DNA of 64,000 nucleotides from Acidobacteriota bacterium (GTDB lineage Bacteria; Acidobacteriota; Thermoanaerobaculia; Gp7-AA8): NCBI GenBank assembly GCA_034667465.1, contig JAXDJV010000007.1, positions 81,988 to 145,987 of the forward strand, read 5' to 3'. Shown piece by piece: positions 60,981 to 64,000 of this stretch (position 1 is its first letter; each line of letters starts with the position of its first letter). The notes under the pieces were generated by a model. It saw only the letters and a program-made list of their open reading frames with translations, ran no database searches and was not told where the DNA came from. The position numbers and the translations under genes were made by a program.

Positions 60981-61673
60981 ATGGCCGACAACGAACACGA
61001 TTCGGTACGACGCGGGCAGCTTCGCAAGCTCGTGCCGCTCTTGATTACCGGCGGTCTCGCACTTTTTTCGGCGCCGCTCTTCCATCCGAACAACACCTGC
61101 AAAGACTGGCTGATGAAGTGGGGACAACTGTCTGCGAGCCCGATCTGGATCCCGATCCATCAGGCTGCGTCGCTCGGATTCGCGCTCGGCGCCGGCGCGG
61201 CACTGCTGCTCTGTATCGTCGGACCGCGCCGCGCCAGCGGCTTCTTCGGCGGTGCCGCATTCAGCGCCGGCTATCTGATGATGTCTTTGATGGCGCTGCT
61301 GCACGCAACGGCGGCGAGCACGATCGGCACCGCATACAACGCTGCGAAGACGGATGCCGAGCGCGAACTGATGCGAACGATCGCGAACGCGTTCGTCAGC
61401 TACGACGTCGCCGTTGACGGTGTCGCCGCCGTGTTGCTCTCCGGCGGCGCCGTGCTGCTCGTCTGGTATCTCTGGCGAGTCTCCATCATCTCGCTGCCAC
61501 TTGCAGTTGTCCTCGCCGGAGATGGCGCGATCTGGGGCGTGCAGTACTACCGGCTGACGCGAGTCTTTCACTTCACGTTTCCCGAGTGGGTTCCTTATAC
61601 GTCGCAGGGATTGTTTCTCTGCGCGATCGGCATCGCGATCATTTCCTCGCGCACCACAGCGGCGGAAGCGTAG
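60981..61673 (+). CDS. Multi-TM membrane protein
   Basis: About six hydrophobic segments; AAGGA RBS. Confidence 0.7.
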   Translation: MADNEHDSVRRGQLRKLVPLLITGGLALFSAPLFHPNNTCKDWLMKWGQLSASPIWIPIHQAASLGFALGAGAALLLCIVGPRRASGFFGGAAFSAGYLMMSLMALLHATAASTIGTAYNAAKTDAERELMRTIANAFVSYDVAVDGVAAVLLSGGAVLLVWYLWRVSIISLPLAVVLAGDGAIWGVQYYRLTRVFHFTFPEWVPYTSQGLFLCAIGIAIISSRTTAAEA

Positions 61674-61681
61674 CGTCGCGG

Positions 61682-62332
61682 ATGCACCTCGACGGCGAGA
61701 CGCTGGCAAGGATTCGGGATGCACTTCAGCTCGTCCGCCTCGCCATCGTCATCGGTTTTGTCGTCGCAGGAATCCGCGTCATTCGCGCATCGGCTGCGAT
61801 TCGACGGCGTCGAATCAATCAACTAATCGCTTACCTGCTGGCGCTTCACATCGTCATCGCGCTGGCGCAAACCGACGTCTGGCCGTTCTCGAACTATCCG
61901 ATGATGACGGTTGACGTCAGCGATCCCGCGCGCGTTCAGCAGTTGCCGGTGTTCCGCGCGGTCGATCAGCGTGGCGCAGAGTGGCAGGTTGATCCCTGCT
62001 CGTGGTCACCGCTGTATCCACAGAATCTCACCGCATGGCTCGACGTGGTCGGGCCGAAGATCACTTCCGCGCAGCGCGGGGTCGCGATGCGTTATCTGCT
62101 GCACCGCGCGGAGGAGGCGCGCCGGCGTCGGATCGAGAGCGATCGCTACTTCGGAAACGCCGCGCTCCTCGGCCCCTTCACCGCTCCCGACATTGACCTC
62201 CTGCCGGATGTTGCACCATCTCCGCTCGCGTTCCACCGGCTGCGTCTGTACCGGCAAACGTGGCGACCAGCGCAGTTTGCACGGGATCGCAGCAGCGTGA
62301 CATATCAACTGATCGATGAGGTCACCGAGTGA
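61682..62332 (+). CDS. Membrane-anchored hypothetical protein
   Basis: Two TM segments then WPFSNYPM motif; overlaps the next gene. Confidence 0.65.
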   Translation: MHLDGETLARIRDALQLVRLAIVIGFVVAGIRVIRASAAIRRRRINQLIAYLLALHIVIALAQTDVWPFSNYPMMTVDVSDPARVQQLPVFRAVDQRGAEWQVDPCSWSPLYPQNLTAWLDVVGPKITSAQRGVAMRYLLHRAEEARRRRIESDRYFGNAALLGPFTAPDIDLLPDVAPSPLAFHRLRLYRQTWRPAQFARDRSSVTYQLIDEVTE

Positions 62333-63225
62333 TCGAGCGCTGGAACCGATTCTGGTTTCGACCCGCATCGCCGCACGCGTTGATCGCCGCCCGGTTTCTT
62401 CTCGCGTTCAACGCGCTCTGGATCGTGCTCTCGCGTCCCGCGCTCCCCGACCTCGTGCGCTGGCCGGCTATTTTCTGGAGCGATGCGAGTCTCTACACGC
62501 GCATTCGCTTCCTTATCGTTCCGTTTCCGTACGGCGTCGAGTTCGCCTTGTACGCGTTGTCAGTTGTCGCGCTGTTGTTCGTCGCTGCCGGAAAGTTCGT
62601 GCGTCCCGCTGCGTTCGCGAGCGCCGTACTGCTCTATCACTTCGCCGATTTCGAGAAGATCTTCTCCTCCTCCGGGAGTCCGTTCTTCCGCGGCCTGGCG
62701 CTTCCGGTTTCGGGACTGCTCATCATCGCGTTCGCGAAGGTCCCCAGGGCGTCGGATGAGTCATCGCCGGAGTACCGCTGGCCGCTCGTACTGATCCAGT
62801 TGCTCTTCGCAATGACGTATCTGATGTCCGGCATCGCCAAGCTTCGACTGGTCGGCATCTCGTGGTTCCGTCCCGCGAACTTCACCGGCATCGTGCTCGC
62901 GAAGATGATCCCGGACGCGATCCCGCCGTGGGCGCAATATGTCGTCGATCATCCACCGCTGATCGCACTCTGTGCAGCCGGCGGAATCGCCATCGACTTC
63001 TTCACTATCACCGCGGTTTTCTCGCGGCGCGCGGCACGCATCATCGTACCGATTACGTTCATCGGACACGTGCTGATCATGCGCATCCTTGACGTCTTCT
63101 TCCTCAACCTGCCGCTGCTGCTCCTCTTCGTCAACTGGGAGTGGCTGTTCGGCGCGCGACGAGAGCGACGCGGCGGATCTGCCAGAGCAGCGGAACCAGG
63201 TAACGCGCCAGCGGGAACGCCGTGA
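62329..63225 (+). CDS. HTTM-like membrane protein
   Basis: WNRFWF, WPLVLIQ...Y..SG.AKL, FIGH. Confidence 0.7.
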   Translation: MIERWNRFWFRPASPHALIAARFLLAFNALWIVLSRPALPDLVRWPAIFWSDASLYTRIRFLIVPFPYGVEFALYALSVVALLFVAAGKFVRPAAFASAVLLYHFADFEKIFSSSGSPFFRGLALPVSGLLIIAFAKVPRASDESSPEYRWPLVLIQLLFAMTYLMSGIAKLRLVGISWFRPANFTGIVLAKMIPDAIPPWAQYVVDHPPLIALCAAGGIAIDFFTITAVFSRRAARIIVPITFIGHVLIMRILDVFFLNLPLLLLFVNWEWLFGARRERRGGSARAAEPGNAPAGTP

Positions 63226-63577
63226 CCACGAGTCGCCGGTTGAACGACTGCCATCCCGTCTCGGCGTAAGGCGGAGCCGAAACTGCCCGGCCGATCAGAG
63301 CCTCGCGCGCGACCGGAAGATCGGGAATGGGATTCGCATCGCCGCGCGCAAGCATCCACGAGCCTCGCGTCGCGATCAGTCGATGCACGACGACCTGCCC
63401 GCGGTGGATAAGAAGGATCACGTCGCCGGGATTCGCCTCGTCGCCGCATACGATCTCCACCGGTGCGCCGGGAGCAATCGTCGGCAGCATGCTCACTCCC
63501 CCGAAAGCTGCGGTGAACGTTCGCCGCTCACGTTTCCAGAGCGACGCGATCGCGGCGAGCTCGCTCGCTTCAACCAA
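63131..63577 (-). CDS. S24/S26 family peptidase
   Basis: GVSMLPTI, GDVIL, VVHRL, RGDAN..PD; start codon (TTG) uncertain. Confidence 0.75.
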   Translation of the reverse strand: MVEASELAAIASLWKRERRTFTAAFGGVSMLPTIAPGAPVEIVCGDEANPGDVILLIHRGQVVVHRLIATRGSWMLARGDANPIPDLPVAREALIGRAVSAPPYAETGWQSFNRRLVVTAFPLARYLVPLLWQIRRVALVARRTATPS

Positions 63578-64000
63578 CGGCGGGCGCCGGAATCGGCATC
63601 GGCGATGCCATCGCCGCGGCGACGCGATGATCGGGAAGCAGCAAATACGGTCCCATCGTCGCACGGGTGTATGGATGCTTGAACGCCCAAACCAGACCGT
63701 CGAGATAGAAGTGCATCAGCACGATGAGATTCAGCACGTAGTTGTGAATGCCCATCGCGTTCACGTGATGCACGTAGCGATCGATGCCCGCGCTCACCGC
63801 GACGATGCCGAGCAACAGCAGGACGATGCGCGGAACCGAGCGGCTGACGTGCGTCAGCGCACGCTGGCGCACCGATCCGCCATCCGCAACGTACTTGCGA
63901 TGATTCAGCAGCCAGAGAATGCCGAGGTACTGGAGATAGTGTCCGGAGAGCATCGCCGACGACGCGGTGGTGCGGCTCGGAATGAGCACGTACGGCAGAA
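63570..64000 (-). CDS. Membrane protein, 5' end outside the window
   Basis: HYLQYL...HFYLDGLVW motifs with TM segments. Confidence 0.7.
   Translation of the reverse strand, partial: LPYVLIPSRTTASSAMLSGHYLQYLGILWLLNHRKYVADGGSVRQRALTHVSRSVPRIVLLLLGIVAVSAGIDRYVHHVNAMGIHNYVLNLIVLMHFYLDGLVWAFKHPYTRATMGPYLLLPDHRVAAAMASPMPIPAPAVG

Overview
GC-rich bacterial window. Gene content (PKD/FlgD-Ig secreted proteins, VWA plus Slt, DUF1800/DUF1501, rpsF-rpsR-DUF2232-rplI) suggests Acidobacteriota, possibly Thermoanaerobaculia; this is an inference. There are four parts. (1) 1-17250 is the right part of an integrative element ending at a degenerate tRNA-Gly(CCC). It carries a tyrosine integrase and excisionase-like HTH, a minimal mobilisation module (VirD4/HerA-like ATPase, Replic_Relax-like relaxase, SSB, membrane and Zn-ribbon proteins, structured intergenic DNA), a secreted reprolysin-like protease cargo and a defence block (Hachiman hamAB plus a Type III-like Mod methylase). 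(2) 17700-47200 is mostly housekeeping: DAACS and ABC transporters, YaeQ, M28 peptidase, a Xer-like recombinase, Slt, mfd, two PPIases, CobB, RadC, ilvE and ribosomal proteins. It contains four copies of a palindromic GTCATCC...GGATGAC element, one inserted in frame inside mfd. (3) 47590-57000 is a five-gene signal-peptide-bearing cassette: tail-fibre-like protein, two FlgD-Ig proteins, an RHS protein with an unrecognised C-terminus and a duplicated TPR-like protein. (4) 57400-64000 holds a formyltransferase, DUF1800/DUF1501, HTTM-like and S26-like genes. All calls come from motif recognition only; no database searches were run.
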